Below are positions 22,632-36,270 of a stretch of 64,000 nt of DNA, one piece after another; the stretch's first letter is position 1; each line of letters begins with the position of its first letter. The DNA is from Octopus bimaculoides (Eukaryota), in contig NC_069006.1 in NCBI RefSeq assembly GCF_001194135.2, positions 18,975,997 through 19,039,996 on the forward strand. Direction: 5' to 3'. The notes below the pieces were generated by a model, which was not told the DNA's origin, made no database searches, and was given only the letters and a program-made list of their open reading frames with translations. The position numbers were made by a program, and so were the translations under genes.

Positions 22632-24407
22632 TTACAAATATATACATATACATACATATCTATATAAATATACATACATATATATATACATATACACACA
22701 CATACATACATGTGTGTGTATATATATATATATAGTGTCAATTATAGTTTTCCTATTCGGTAAAACATTGCACATGGCTATCTGTATTAAATTATTATTA
22801 TTATTACACACATGCATGCACACACACACATGAACACACACATACACAGACACACTCATGCACCCATATTTGTGATCAGCTAAGGGGGAAACTCAGTGAG
22901 TAAACTGTCATTTTATGATATTACAAACAAATATACACGTACACACACCCACACACATGTAGTCGACATAATAGCCATAATAAAAAATATTCAGTTTTAG
23001 ATGAAATGTGTGATGTAACTGACGGAAGCAGAGTTGTAATCTTATACTAAAGGTAGTCATATTAAGCTGATATTAGTGCTAGGCTTACTGATTAGTTAAT
23101 TAGCAAGTTAAAGGTGCGGAATTGTAATGATCTTTTGGACATTGACTGATGAGGAATTAGCTACAAATTTTGTGTTTGTAGTGTGTTTGTAAAATTTTCT
23201 TTTTGTTGTATTTTTATTAAATTTTTGAAATATATATATACATGTGTGTATTTGTGTGTGTGTGTGCGTGTGTACAAGGGGGTGCTGAGAAATTCCCGGT
23301 TTAGGGTGAAAGAAAATACAGGAGGTTCAGTTAATTATGATTTTATTCAACATAACCCCTTCTCAGATTCACACACTTGTTGCAGCGGTTCTTCAGTTTT
23401 TCTAGGTTCTGTATACATGCTGGTCTAAAGTGTCATCTATGATCACACAAGAACAATATTAAACCCTAATACCATCATTTTATGCAAGAAAATGCTCTTC
23501 AGTGTGTTATTTTTGTCAAAAGGTGTGTAAATCTTCTGGAGGCCTAAAGAGACACCCAAACATGCACAAAAATTGCAATGGAATAACAGATTCAGAACCA
23601 AGACACATTTGCAATATAAGTGGAAAGATTTTTAAGAAAGTCTCTGGGCTCAAAACCATTATCTTCTCACTTGAGGAGCTAATGCTGTATTTGTGCAGGA
23701 AGTGGTAAAACTTTCCTTCAGAGCAAACTGCCTTCGCACATACATACATACATACATACACCTCAAAAGTAAATTGACACCTCTCACTGCACTGCTTTGT
23801 CTGTGCAGATACTACTTAGTACTTCAAACTTGTTAGTGTGTTTATGCACAGGGCATGTTAGGATGTTGCACTAACAATTGTGAAATCGTGGTTTCAATTC
23901 CTGCACAGATCTGTGGCAGGCTGTAAAAGGGCACCCAGATCTGTGGCAGGCTGTAAAAGTGGGGAGTAAGTCACGCCTTTCATCTATAGACATGTATGGC
24001 ACCTTGGGCTAGTGCCAGTGACCCTTTAACGTCTTGTACCAGGGATACAGTGAAGACGTTGGCAGCAGTATGTTGGATAACCAACAAAGTGGAAGAATCC
24101 TGGACCAATAGTTTGAAGGTTATTGCAGCCAAGAAGAAGATCTGTACCATCAGACAACAGCCGGGCATCAAATAGCAAGTGAGCTGCTATTGTAGGGAAG
24201 CAGCATCCTTCACCATGTTCGTTGCACTCTTGTACAAAGCTGAAATCTGGCATGGGGGTCCAGCAAGGCAGTCTAGTAGGTAGACTGTGCCAGCAGCTAC
24301 CTTACTTACTTTCCAAATGCATCTTGTTCGTTCCTGAAGAGAACAGTCAAAATTGACCAGCGAAAGACACAATATATACACACATATATACATACATATA
24401 CATATAC

Positions 24408-24462
<55 letters not shown>

Positions 24463-25645
24463 TATATATATNNNNNNNNNNNNNNNNNNNNNNNNNNNNN
24501 NNNNNNNNNNNNNNNNNNNNNNNNNNNNNNNNNNNNNNNNNNNNNNNNNNNNNNNNNNNNNNNNNNNNNNNNNNNNNNNNNNNNNNNNNNNNNNNNNNNN
24601 NNNNNNNNNNNNNNNNNNNNNNNNNNNNNNNNNNNNNNNNNNNNNNNNNNNNNNNNNNNNNNNNNNNNNNNNNNNNNNNNNNNNNNNNNNNNNNNNNNNN
24701 NNNNNNNNNNNNNNNNNNNNNNNNNNNNNNNNNNNNNNNNNNNNNNNNNNNNNNNNNNNNNNNNNNNNNNNNNNNNNNNNNNNNNNNNNNNNNNNNNNNN
24801 NNNNNNNNNNNNNNNNNNNNNNNNNNNNNNNNNNNNNNNNNNNNNNNNNNNNNNNNNNNNNNNNNNNNNNNNNNNNNNNNNNNNNNNNNNNNNNNNNNNN
24901 NNNNNNNNNNNNNNNNNNNNNNNNNNNNNNNNNNNNNNNNNNNNNNNNNNNNNNNNNNNNNNNNNNNNNNNNNNNNNNNNNNNNNNNNNNNNNNNNNNNN
25001 NNNNNNNNNNNNNNNNNNNNNNNNNNNNNNNNNNNNNNNNNNNNNNNNNNNNNNNNNNNNNNNNNNNNNNNNNNNNNNNNNNNNNNNNNNNNNNNNNNNN
25101 NNNNNNNNNNNNNNNNNNNNNNNNNNNNNNNNNNNNNNNNNNNNNNNNNNNNNNNNNNNNNNNNNNNATATATATATATATATACACATATATACACATG
25201 TATATAAATGTATATATATATCTATCTCTATTTATAAATTTTTTAATATATGTATTGAAACATATTCAAGATGGTTGGGAGTACACCTTTTGAGGAAATC
25301 TGTATGCCATGTTTTTCTCTTTCTCACTTCCTCTTTTTCTTTCTTGCCTCCTTTCCCCCTCTCTCTTCATACGTACATACATACATACATACATATATCC
25401 GTATGTATATGTATATATATATATCTATATCTATATATATATATATTTGTCTCTCTCACAACTGTAAGTGAAAAGTTCATTGAGATTTTTTGTATTTGAT
25501 TTATCAACAAATTTTATGTTTGATGAGCATAATATACTTGGAAACTTCTTCTGGCCAATATAAGCTAAGCTTCCCCATGTAGTCCAACAGAAAACACTTC
25601 AAGACACATAAAACAGACAGATGGAAGACATCAGATCGACATTAA

Positions 25646-27592
25646 TCAAGGGTAATAGCCTAATGATTTCTCAAAGTTCATGTTATCATGTCGATTGTAG
25701 TTTGACTGTATGTGCTGTCTGTCAATTTCAATATTTTGAAACATAGAAGCAATTTCTGCCTCTTTACTGCCAATGTTTAGATGTGGGTTACTAGCAGCAT
25801 ACTGCTTATAATTATGACTGTATTCTTGCCTTCGCATTGCATCTTCATTTGCTTGTGAACGTCTGTCTTGTTCAACAGACATATCTGGTTTGTATTGCCT
25901 GTCCCCTACAGCTGGGTTGTAATTTGGGTTCAACTGGTTAGGGTAGTTGTTTGTCTGGTATTGCCTGTAGATGTCATGCTGTGACATTGTAGGTATTTGA
26001 CTTTTGTAATAATCATTAGCTGTAGCCATTGACATAGGTCTTGGTTCACTAGCTGACAATGAAGTACGAAGATAATTTCTACTACCTTCATCAGACTTTG
26101 AATCAAAGGCGTAGACATTTGAATAACGGTTGTTAGCCGTTCGATTGTCATGACTGCTGTGTCTATATTGCACGTCTGCCTTATCCCAGTTGGTCCCATT
26201 GGAAGAAAGTTTGGCACTGTTATCATATTCCTGATGAGATGGTTTAGGTGAAATTGGTCTTTTAGGTAATTCAAATGCTGTTGGCAACACTTTTACTCCA
26301 GCTATTTTGTGGGGTGGTACTTTTGCGACGGGTTTGTTGCGTGCTGCTTCAAATGACTGACCAGTATCGTTTCTGTCAAACTGCTGCCGGCTTTCAAGGT
26401 TTGAGAGTGAATACATAGGCCCAGAATGGTTCAATGGCTGTGAAGTAAATGAATTTTGCTGATACTGTTGTGAGTGTGGCATTTTTGGAGAGTATGGCTC
26501 ACTGGCATTTGTTTTCTGTGCCATTGGGTGTAATTCACCTGCCTGTCTCTGTTGTTCATCATAATTTGGATATTGCCCATAGCCTCGGATATTTTCGCTC
26601 ATTGGACGACCATACTTTGAAGGAAACCTTTGGCGGTTTTCTTGATTATGAGGATAATTAGATTGGCCTTCTTGATTGGCAACAGGTCTTTCATAGTAAG
26701 AATGTCCTCTAGAGAGTTGCACATGTCTGTTTTGGTGGGGTGAACCAGGAAATGGTGGTTGCTGATTATAAGGCTGTGGTTGCCCGTATGGATGTTGGCT
26801 GCGGACATCAGGAAACCTGTCATTTCTATCTAAGGCCCAGTCATCATGCACTTGGTGTCGGAAGTATTCATCTCGCAGTTGGTAGCCTTCATTAGGATGA
26901 GATGGCGGGTATTGTCCAGATGCCATGGCATTACTACCAACAGCTTGATTTTCTGGCGATCTAGGAAGAGAGTGGTAGTTCATTTCATTTGTTCTGGGGT
27001 CTTTGGGGTCGGGATTTTGTGAAGCAGCACCAAAGTCACCAATGTATTCTTTTTGCATGGATTTTTGTTGCATGAAATTAAAACTCTCCACAATTTTAGT
27101 AGCATCTGTCGTTGACAAAGAAAGAAAAACATGGCAGTCCAAAGCTTTTAAACCTGCCTGGCGCCTTAATAAACAGACAACAATAGGCTGATGAGAGATT
27201 TTCAGCAGATAATTGTTTTTCTTTTCCAGAGTAGAAAAGAGTTTGTCTGGAGACCTAACAATACGTTTCTCATCAAGAGGCATAAATGCAAACTGGGTTT
27301 TCCGCGTGTTGTTCTTGTTTATTGTAAACTGAACTGCTTCCATGTAATTAATCATATTAAATTCATAATGAGTATTTTTTAAGTAGGTTCCACTACCAGA
27401 TCCATTTGAAGTTAATATGTCTAATCCTTCGTAGGTGATTTGCATGTAGACTTCAGCTGGGGATTTGGTGACTTTCTTGTGGAAGTTGAAGTAATGCTCT
27501 TTTAGAGGTTTCTGTATTGATCCCAGTCCGGTGGTTCCTTTCGACAAAGTGGAACAGCCCAGGTAATGTAGGGTGTAGGTTAGATCCGACAT
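25646..27592 (-). CDS. PTB/PID-like domain protein with a long Q/N/Y/P-rich low-complexity tail (648 aa, single coding exon)
   Basis: Uninterrupted 648-aa ORF. The N-terminus (LHYLGC...VVCLLRRQAGLKALDCHVF) resembles PTB-fold hallmarks (YLG; CHVF). The ATG context is ACAATG, 6 nt after a strong acceptor (ttttccAG, exon starting at 27598). Confidence 0.85.
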   Translation of the reverse strand: MSDLTYTLHYLGCSTLSKGTTGLGSIQKPLKEHYFNFHKKVTKSPAEVYMQITYEGLDILTSNGSGSGTYLKNTHYEFNMINYMEAVQFTINKNNTRKTQFAFMPLDEKRIVRSPDKLFSTLEKKNNYLLKISHQPIVVCLLRRQAGLKALDCHVFLSLSTTDATKIVESFNFMQQKSMQKEYIGDFGAASQNPDPKDPRTNEMNYHSLPRSPENQAVGSNAMASGQYPPSHPNEGYQLRDEYFRHQVHDDWALDRNDRFPDVRSQHPYGQPQPYNQQPPFPGSPHQNRHVQLSRGHSYYERPVANQEGQSNYPHNQENRQRFPSKYGRPMSENIRGYGQYPNYDEQQRQAGELHPMAQKTNASEPYSPKMPHSQQYQQNSFTSQPLNHSGPMYSLSNLESRQQFDRNDTGQSFEAARNKPVAKVPPHKIAGVKVLPTAFELPKRPISPKPSHQEYDNSAKLSSNGTNWDKADVQYRHSSHDNRTANNRYSNVYAFDSKSDEGSRNYLRTSLSASEPRPMSMATANDYYKSQIPTMSQHDIYRQYQTNNYPNQLNPNYNPAVGDRQYKPDMSVEQDRRSQANEDAMRRQEYSHNYKQYAASNPHLNIGSKEAEIASMFQNIEIDRQHIQSNYNRHDNMNFEKSLGYYP

Positions 27593-27960
27593 TGTGCTCT
27601 GGAAAATAAAAATAAAACTGAATTAGTGACATCCATTTCTGAATATAACAAAGAAAAAAATAAACCAACATCAACAACAATGGCACTAGAGATGATTACA
27701 ATGGTGATGACATTATACCCCTTTCTTATTTTTCTGACCAGGCTCCCGTGGCTTTTGTGGGTTTTTCCATGTGTGACCTTTTATTTTTCGAAGCGCCTCC
27801 CCCTATTGAGAGTTTTATTTGTTATATATCTTTCTCCGTTTTTCCTCTGTTTAAATGAACGTTTTTCTACTTTTCGGACAAAACCCTATGTAACCTTCGT
27901 CTTGTCTTTGTCCTTACATGTTTTTGATTTATATTAGCCCTTGTGGCCAATAAAACGAAT

Positions 27961-27965
27961 TAATT

Positions 27966-28021
<56 letters not shown>

Positions 28022-28170
28022 AGTGATCATGATGATGGTAGCGATGATGATAATAATGATGATGATGATGATGATGTTGATAACGATGATGGTGATCATG
28101 ATGATGGTAGTGATGACGACAACGATGATGACAATAACTATGAGGGTGACGATACTGATGACGATAATGG
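27961..28170. repeat. (GAT)n microsatellite degrading into an imperfect array
   Basis: Pure GAT run followed by interrupted units. Confidence 0.95.
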
Positions 28171-28265
28171 TGCTGGGATACTCAGTTTGATAATCTTAAA
28201 AGTACATGTGTCATAAACTTTTATACTGCCTGCATGTGTGTGCATGTTTTATGCATGTGCATGTC

Positions 28266-28321
<56 letters not shown>

Positions 28322-29397
28322 NNNNNNNNNNNNNNNNNNNNNNNNNNNNNNNNNNNNNNNNNNNNNNNNNNNNNNNNNNNNNNNNNNNNNNNNNNNNNNN
28401 NNNNNNNNNNNNNNNNNNNNNNNNNNNNNNNNNNNNNNNNNNNNNNNNNNNNNNNNNNNNNNNNNNNNNNNNNNNNNNNNNNNNNNNNNNNNNNNNNNNN
28501 NNNNNNNNNNNNNNNNNNNNNNNNNNNNNNNNNNNNNNNNNNNNNNNNNNNNNNNNNNNNNNNNNNNNNNNNNNNNNNNNNNNNNNNNNNNNNNNNNNNN
28601 NNNNNNNNNNNNNNNNNNNNNNNNNCCCTGAACATGCTGCCTTGTGCTGAAATTTGAAATCAATATCTATTAACCCTCTAGTATTCAGATTACTCTCTCA
28701 AATGTGATGCTTATTTATTTACATATTTTGAATTGCTCATGCATCGTCTTGTGCCTTTAAGATTTCAATGATATGATTGTATATTTTTAGAATGACATTG
28801 TAGGGTAGGTATGCAATGCCAGATCTGGCCATCTTGACCAAAAAAAAAAGGTCGAATATCAGTCAAGGCAGATATACCTTGGCACTAGTCAGTGACCCGG
28901 AGCAACATGAAATAAAGTGTTTTGCTCAAGAACACAACACACAGCCTGGTCAGAGAATTGAACTCACTACCTCTAGCCACAGAGCCCGATGCTCTAACCG
29001 TCGAGCCATGCATCTTCACTATTTTTTATCTTTTTTACTTCTGTTACATGTTTCACTCATTAGACTGCGGCCATACTGGGGCACCACCTTGAATATTTTG
29101 TCGAATGAATCAACCCCAGTACTTATGTTTTAAGCCTGGTACTTATTCTATAGGTCTCTTTTGCTGACCTACTAAGTTATGGGGACATAAAAATACTATC
29201 ACTGGTTATCAAGTGGTGATGGGCGGACAAACACAGATGCAAACACACACACACACACACACATACACATATATATATGTGGGAAGCACCTGCACCTCAT
29301 ACACAGCACCTCTTGTGCCTTATACTATATATAACAATATAATATTGAGCTCTCATATTAGGCAAATTACCAGTTGGTTTTGTATCAGAAGTTGAGA

Positions 29398-29796
29398 ATA
29401 GGCGCAGGAGTGGCTGTGTGGTAAGTAGCTTGCTTACCAACCACATGGTTCCGAGTTCAGTCACACTGCGTGACACCTTGGGCAAGTGTCTTCTCCTATA
29501 GCATTGGGCCAACCAAAGCCTTGTGAGTGGATTTTGGTAGACGGAAACTGAAAGAAGCCCATTGTATATATGTATATATATATGTTTGTGTGTCTGTGTT
29601 TGTCCCCTCAACATCGCTTGACAACTGATGCTGGTGTGTTTACATCCCCATAACTTAGCGGTTCGGCAAAAGAGACCGATAGAATAAGTACTAGGCCTCC
29701 AAAGAATAAGTCCTGGGGTCAATTTGGTTGACTAAAGGCGGTGTTCCAGCATGGCCACAGTCAAATAACTGAAACAAGTAAAAGAGTAAAAGAGTA
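29398..29796 (+). mobile_element. Full-length major SINE
   Basis: ggcgcaggagtggctgtgtggt head and AAAGAGT tail. Confidence 0.85.
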
Positions 29797-29865
29797 ACCA
29801 ATTTCACCATCATCAGAAATGGGTGAAAGGAATAGTAGCATGTGGGCTCTTTGTTACTAGAGCAA

Positions 29866-29967
<102 letters not shown>

Positions 29968-30640
29968 GCATATAGATATCACATGAACAACCAGACTACC
30001 GGATGTATATATACATCGCTGGTTACAATATGCTTTGCATTGTTTTAGCTTTTAAATGATGCCACCCAGTTAGGTGAGTAGGCTAACACTGCAACATTGC
30101 TCTTGATCGGAAAGGCTGGTCCATCACAAGATTACCCATTCACAGATGGGTGGACTGTAGCAACATGAAATGAAGTGTTTTGCTCAAGAACACAGCACAC
30201 AGCCGGTATGGAATTCAAAACCACAATCTCATGGTTGTGAGTGCAATACACCTAATTGCTAAGCCATGTGCCTTTACAGACAGACAGACTGACAGACATA
30301 TCTCACAAAATGTAGACCAACATGTTCGCATGCCATTAGGGCCAAATTGGCTAATAATGAGGTCAAACGAAAGAGTATTAGAGAGAGGGAAAGAGAAAGA
30401 GAGAGAAGGGGGATAATGAATGAAAGAAAGACATACGGTAAGAAAAAAGAAATTGTGTGACTGAGACAAATTTCTTAGGTTAAAATAGAGGATAAAGTTT
30501 GCTTCTTTTTTGTTGTATTTTGCAAGAATGACTGCTTGTATAATGTATAAATGTTTCTTTGTTGTAACAGAAGACAGAAATTAATCCACTGAGGTTCCTA
30601 TCTATAACCAGCAGTGTGTAAATATCAACAGGCTTCTTAC

Positions 30641-30676
30641 CAACAACTATTGTCACCTTTGAGTGACAATTACAAT
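30641..30676 (-). other. Candidate 36-nt 5'UTR micro-exon of the PTB gene
   Basis: On the - strand: ttttgttctttcctAG|ATTGTAATTGTCACTCAAAGGTGACAATAGTTGTTG|GTAAGA. Splice signals only, no transcript evidence. Confidence 0.3.
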
Positions 30677-32504
30677 CTAGGAAAGAACAAAAGCATTGTG
30701 AACATTCTAGGGAAATGTCAGTCACCCAGCCACAAAGGTGCCAAGCTAAGCCAGCCAGCCTAATGGTCAGGCCCTGTCATCTTTTACTTGCTTCAGTCAT
30801 TAGCCTTTGGCCATGCTGGGGCACTGCCTTGAAGAAATTTTAATTGAATTAATTGACCTCAGTAGTTTTTTTTAAGCCTGGTACTTATTTTATTAATCTC
30901 TTTTGTTGATGAATGACCGAGGCCTTTGGCATTATGTTGTGTTTGAGAAGAAGACCCATCAAGTCAAGTATAATTGCAGCCATGGCAGATACTGGTGTCA
31001 TGCAAATGGTACCCATGCTGGTGGCACATAAAAGCACCCATTACACTCTTGGAGTGGTTAGCATTAGGAAGGGCATCCAGCAGTAGAAACCCTACCAAAT
31101 TAGTCTGGAGCCTGGTGCAGCCTTCAAGTTTGCCAGCCCTGGTCAAACTGTCCAATTCATGCCAGCATGGACAACAGCTGTTACATGATGATGACGACGA
31201 CGACGATGATGATGATGTTGATGATGACAGACTTCTTTGGTAGAAGTACTTGCCCAAGGTGTCATGCAGTGGGACTGAACCTGGAACCATGTGGTTGGAA
31301 AGCAAGCTTCTTACCACACAACCATGCCTGTGCCCATATAGGATTTTTTCCCCTCTAAACCAAAGGATTTATTGCACTGGGTGTAATATTTTCTAAAATA
31401 TTTACACCGGGTGTAAAATTTTGCTGAAATTAGCAATGTGGACATAAGCGTCATCATACATGCCCCAAAAGGACCTTACTATTCAGCAAGGGTTCAATCT
31501 AGGTTAATCAGACTGACCTAAAGTTTCCTTCAGTGCTGTAATGGAAATGTTTGATAGTGTAACATTATGCAACGTTATTGGTATTTCTATTCTAGATTTG
31601 CTTGATAAGAAATTTCCCTTGATAGTTTTGGTCTGTATAGGGATGATGTTTTGCCACTACTGAGAGGGATAATGCATATTTATATATACACACTTGAAGG
31701 TATTGGTAGCTATTGAGATGATTGTTATATCTGTACTGACACTGGTGGTTGTTATAGTAGTATTGATAGTTAGGGTTAGGGTAGTGGCAGTGGTGGTTGC
31801 TGTGATTATGAGTCATCAAGGTAGCCTACTGCTTGGCTTTGGAATGCTGTCAAACAAGGTGTGAAAATAACAATCTATTTATGTGTGTTTATATGTAATT
31901 GTGTGCTTGTGTTTATTTGTTTGCTTCTATTTGTATGACATATATGTAGGCGTGTATGTGTGCACATGTGTTTACATGTATGTTTACATGTTTATTATTG
32001 ATGTATGCTGGCATGGCTTAGTGGTTAAGAAGTTTATTTTGCGATCCTAAGGACACGGGTTTGATCCTACCACATAGATTCTTGTGTCAGTGAAGGATAT
32101 ACCTTTTACCACAATCTCAGATCAGTGCTACTCTAGCTTGCAGTCTCCATATCGTTCGTTCGTTCATCATCATCGTTTAACGTCCGCTTTCCATGCTAGC
32201 ATGGGTTGGACGATTTGACTGAGGACTGGTGAAACCAGATGGCTACACCAGGCTCCAATCTGATTTGGCAGAGTTTCTACAGCTGGATGCCCTTCCTAAC
32301 GCCAACCACTCAGAGAGTGTAGTGGGTGCTTTTACGTGTTGCCTGCACAAAGGCCAGTCAGGCGGTACTGGCAACAGCCACGCTCAAAATGGTGTATTTT
32401 ATGCACCACCTGCACAAGAGCCAGTCCAGGGGCACTGGCAATGATTTCGCTCGAAAATCCTTACACATGTCACGGGCACAAGTGCCAGCTGAGAAATGAC
32501 CTGA

Positions 32505-32612
32505 TCTAGATTAGGTTTAGGATTAGCATTTAGGTTTGGGATTAGGGTTTAGATTTAGGATTAGGGTTTGAGGTTAAGGTTTGTGGTCAAGGTTTGGGAT
32601 AGAATTAAGGTA
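32505..32612 (+). repeat. Degenerate TTAGGG-like repeat patch
   Basis: gattaggtttaggattagcatttaggtttgggattagggtttag... Confidence 0.5.
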
Positions 32613-32905
32613 GACTGCATGTTCAAGTTTAAATGAAATTGGTTTGAGGGTAACAGTGTGGAAGTGCACTGGATGGATGGTACTCACCTCACCTTGTTAT
32701 ATATTGTGTCATTTTGATTCAGCATGAGCGTCAGGGTGTAGGGTTAGAGTTAGATTTGCACACACACACTCACACACAAATGTATACATATTAGCATACT
32801 CACAGTTTTCATCTATCAAGTTCACTCACAAGAAATACACATATGTCAGTACTCATACATACATCCATTGATACATACATACATTGATATATATATCATC
32901 ATCAT

Positions 32906-32946
<41 letters not shown>

Positions 32947-33327
32947 NNNNNNNNNNNNNNNNNNNNNNNNNNNNNNNNNNNNNNNNNNNNNNNNNNNNNN
33001 NNNNNNNNNNNNNNNNNNNNNNNNNNNNNNNNNNNNNNNNNNNNNNNNNNNNNNNNNNNNNNNNNNNNNNNNNNNNNNNNNNNNNNNNNNNNNNNNNNNN
33101 NNNNNNNNNNNNNNNNNNNNNNNNNNNNNNNNNNNNNNNNNNNNNNNNNNNNNNNNNNNNNNNGGAATATACAATATATAATATGATATACAATATACAA
33201 TATAAAATAAAATAACATAAAAATGGATGGCACCATGAAAGAAAGTATTGAATGTAGATGAAATATTGAGTGTTCAATATAAAGGATCAAATATATAAAT
33301 ATATAAATATAAATATATATATATAAA

Positions 33328-33367
33328 GGCGACTCGAGTTTCAGGGCTATTTCCCTTCGTCATGGCC
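33328..33367 (-). ncRNA. Minimal hammerhead motif with one core defect, inside (TA)n
   Basis: The - strand reads GGC CATGACGA AGGG AAATAG CCCT GAAAC TCGA GTC GCC. Confidence 0.5.
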
Positions 33368-33461
33368 GGTATGACAATATATATATATAATACTAATATA
33401 TACTTTTGTTATTTACACCACCTGTCCTCGTCTGTTGTTATTTTTTGTATATTCTCCCTCC

Positions 33462-33492
<31 letters not shown>

Positions 33493-33731
33493 ATAAAATT
33501 AGTGTACATTTCTACACAAAAGAGATGACCCCTAACAGGACACCTTACATGCTAGAACGAACAGTCAAAATCCAAACTACGGTTAAGAGCAATTTCGAAG
33601 AGGATGGAAAATAAAAACATTTTCAATAGTTACTATATATATAGAGAGAGAGAGTGAAATATATACATGTATGCATACACATACGGGACAGTCAATTAAT
33701 GAAAGAGATCAGATAATATTCACTTTAAAAT

Positions 33732-33961
33732 TTAACCCATTAGCATTGAAACCAGCCATATTTGGCCCAAATAGTTTACATGTTTCATGTTCAAATGGCC
33801 TAAACTCAGTCCCTCACACCAATCATACAATGTCATTCTTAAAACTTAAACAATCACATCATTGAAAGCTAGAAGCAGCGAGATAATGCATGATTAATTC
33901 AAACCGTTTTGAATAAACAAGCACTATGCTTAACAGAACAATCTGAATGCTAAAGGGTTAA
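33732..33961. mobile_element. piggyBac-like MITE
   Basis: TTAA-CCCATTAGCATT ... AATGCTAAAGGG-TTAA. Related copies near 20030-20200, 28670-28850, 40800-40940, 42779-43312 and 43430-43590. Confidence 0.7.
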
Positions 33962-35891
33962 TCCATAAATAGGCTTAGGCATACCTGTGTGGTAAGAAGC
34001 TTGCTTCCCAACCACATGGTTTCGAGTTCAGTCCCACTTTGTAGCACCTTGGGCAAGTGTCTTCCACTATAATATTGGGTTGACCAAAGCCTTGTGGCTG
34101 GATTTGGTAGATGGACACTGAAAGAAACTCATTGTACATCTCTCTCTCTCTTTCCCTCTCTCTTTCTCTTTATGTGTGTGTGTGTGTGTCAGTGTCTGTT
34201 TTCGTCCCCCACCACCACTTCACAACTGGTGTTGGTGTATTTTCATCCCTGTAACTTAGAGGTTCAGCAAAAGAAATCAAAAGAATATGTACCAGGCTAA
34301 TAAAAGATTAAAAATAAGTGTTGGGGTCAATTTATTTGACTAAAAATTCTTCAAGCCAGTGCCCCAGGATAGCCACAGTCTAATGACTGAAACAAGCAAA
34401 AGATAAAAGACTTGTCCCATCAGAGTAAATAAAAGCAAAATCCACAAGAATATTCAATAAGTGGATTTTATGGAAATATGGAAGCATCATATACTCTTTC
34501 ACTCATAGAAAAAGAGACCTCCCAAGATAAAGGAAGGAAAGAAAAAACCCCAAAGCTAAGATACAAACCCTGAAGCAGTTCTCTCCCCTTAAGAAGACTA
34601 TTCAGCCTCTCTGTCATCTCATGATAATCACTCTTTCTGTCTCTCTCTCTCTTTCTCCCTTACTCTGTAAGCAAATTTAAGCAGCAGCAGCCATCGTTTC
34701 CCAGTTAAGTAACCATTTGGATAGTAAACGCTATTCAAGTTTTTGTAAAATTCAATATTTAAGTATTTACTGGGGTTATTCGGCATAGTCCACATATAGA
34801 AACCAGCTCCTAGCAATTCCCTTCTTCATAGGGAAAATGTTAATAAACTAAAACCAATGTATATATGTGTGTGTGTGTGTGTGTGTATAAGCATACTTAT
34901 ATATATATATTATGTGTATATATAACTACATACAAGAGAAATCATACCAAAGCTGACATTGGAGTCCCATGCAGAGCTACTGGATCCACGTAGGTCACTG
35001 GATCCCGTCAAACTATCCAACCCATGCCAGCATGGAAAATGACTGTTAAATGCTGCTGCTGCTGATGATGATATATGTACATATATANNNNNNNNNNNNN
35101 NNNNNNNNNNNNNNNNNNNNNNNNNNNNNNNNNNNNNNNNNNNNNNNNNNNNNNNNNNNNNNNNNNNNNNNNNNNNNNNNNNNNNNNNNNNNNNNNNNNN
35201 NNNNNNNNNNNNNNNNNNNNNNNNNNNNNNNNNNNNNNNNNNNNNNNNNNNNNNNNNNTATATATATTCACATGCATATATATGCAGATATACATAAAGA
35301 CACATATGCATAACACATAAGCATGTATATATATAGTTCTGTATACAACCAGACATATGAGCACAGCTATACACACTCATATATATATATACATACATTC
35401 ATCAGCTAAGTTGACTATATTGAGATTAGTAGGTCAAAAGAATATTGGTGGAAATTAAAAATTAAAACAGCCATCAAGTTAAAACACAGCTGGCCTGATA
35501 TTGTTGTGTGGAAGCAAATATGAAAAAAAAAATGCTCTGTCTTGGAAATCAGCTTCTTTCTGAACACCAGTGTGGTTGGAAAAGAGAAATAAAGTATTTA
35601 TGAACGATTGATAAGGAGTTTGAAGATCCAGTACCCAAGATACATTTTCAGCTTTATACCTATTATTATTGGAGCAACGGGTATGAACCAACCTGGCGCA
35701 AAGTATGGTCAAACTTGGGTTCTTGGGGAGAGAATGCAACATCTTAATTCATATGCTGTAAATGATCTTCATATCTAAGACAATAAAAACATGTGAGACC
35801 TTCTTAAGATTTAAAGGCTGATGAACAAAGCAAGATGCTTTTCATAACAACCTTGCTATCAAGCAGGTGGCTTGGTCAAAATCATCTCTAC

Positions 35892-35933
<42 letters not shown>

Positions 35934-35981
35934 CATACATAAATATATAAATATACATACATATGTATGTGTATATATATC

Positions 35982-36045
<64 letters not shown>

Positions 36046-36231
36046 CATACATATACATATACACACATGTATGTGTGTGTTGTGAACACCCTACCTCGAG
36101 GTGCTCTTATAGTGGGGATGTTGATAATACATGCATACACACACATGCATACATACATACATACATACATACATACATACATGCATACATGTGTGAGTGA
36201 GTGTATATATGTATATATGCATCAATATATA

Positions 36232-36270
<39 letters not shown>

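Noticed and set aside
23502-23708. C2H2 zinc-finger gene (CQKVCKSSGGLKRHPNMH)
   Set aside because: One finger plus a broken second, with no splice support; more likely the decayed end of a LINE.
27941-28216. Poly-Asp / poly-Met ORFs
   Set aside because: This is a (GAT)n microsatellite with no convincing splice context.
31592-31850. Minus-strand exon after a good acceptor (ccttgtttgacAG)
   Set aside because: There are early stops in all three frames and no strong donor.
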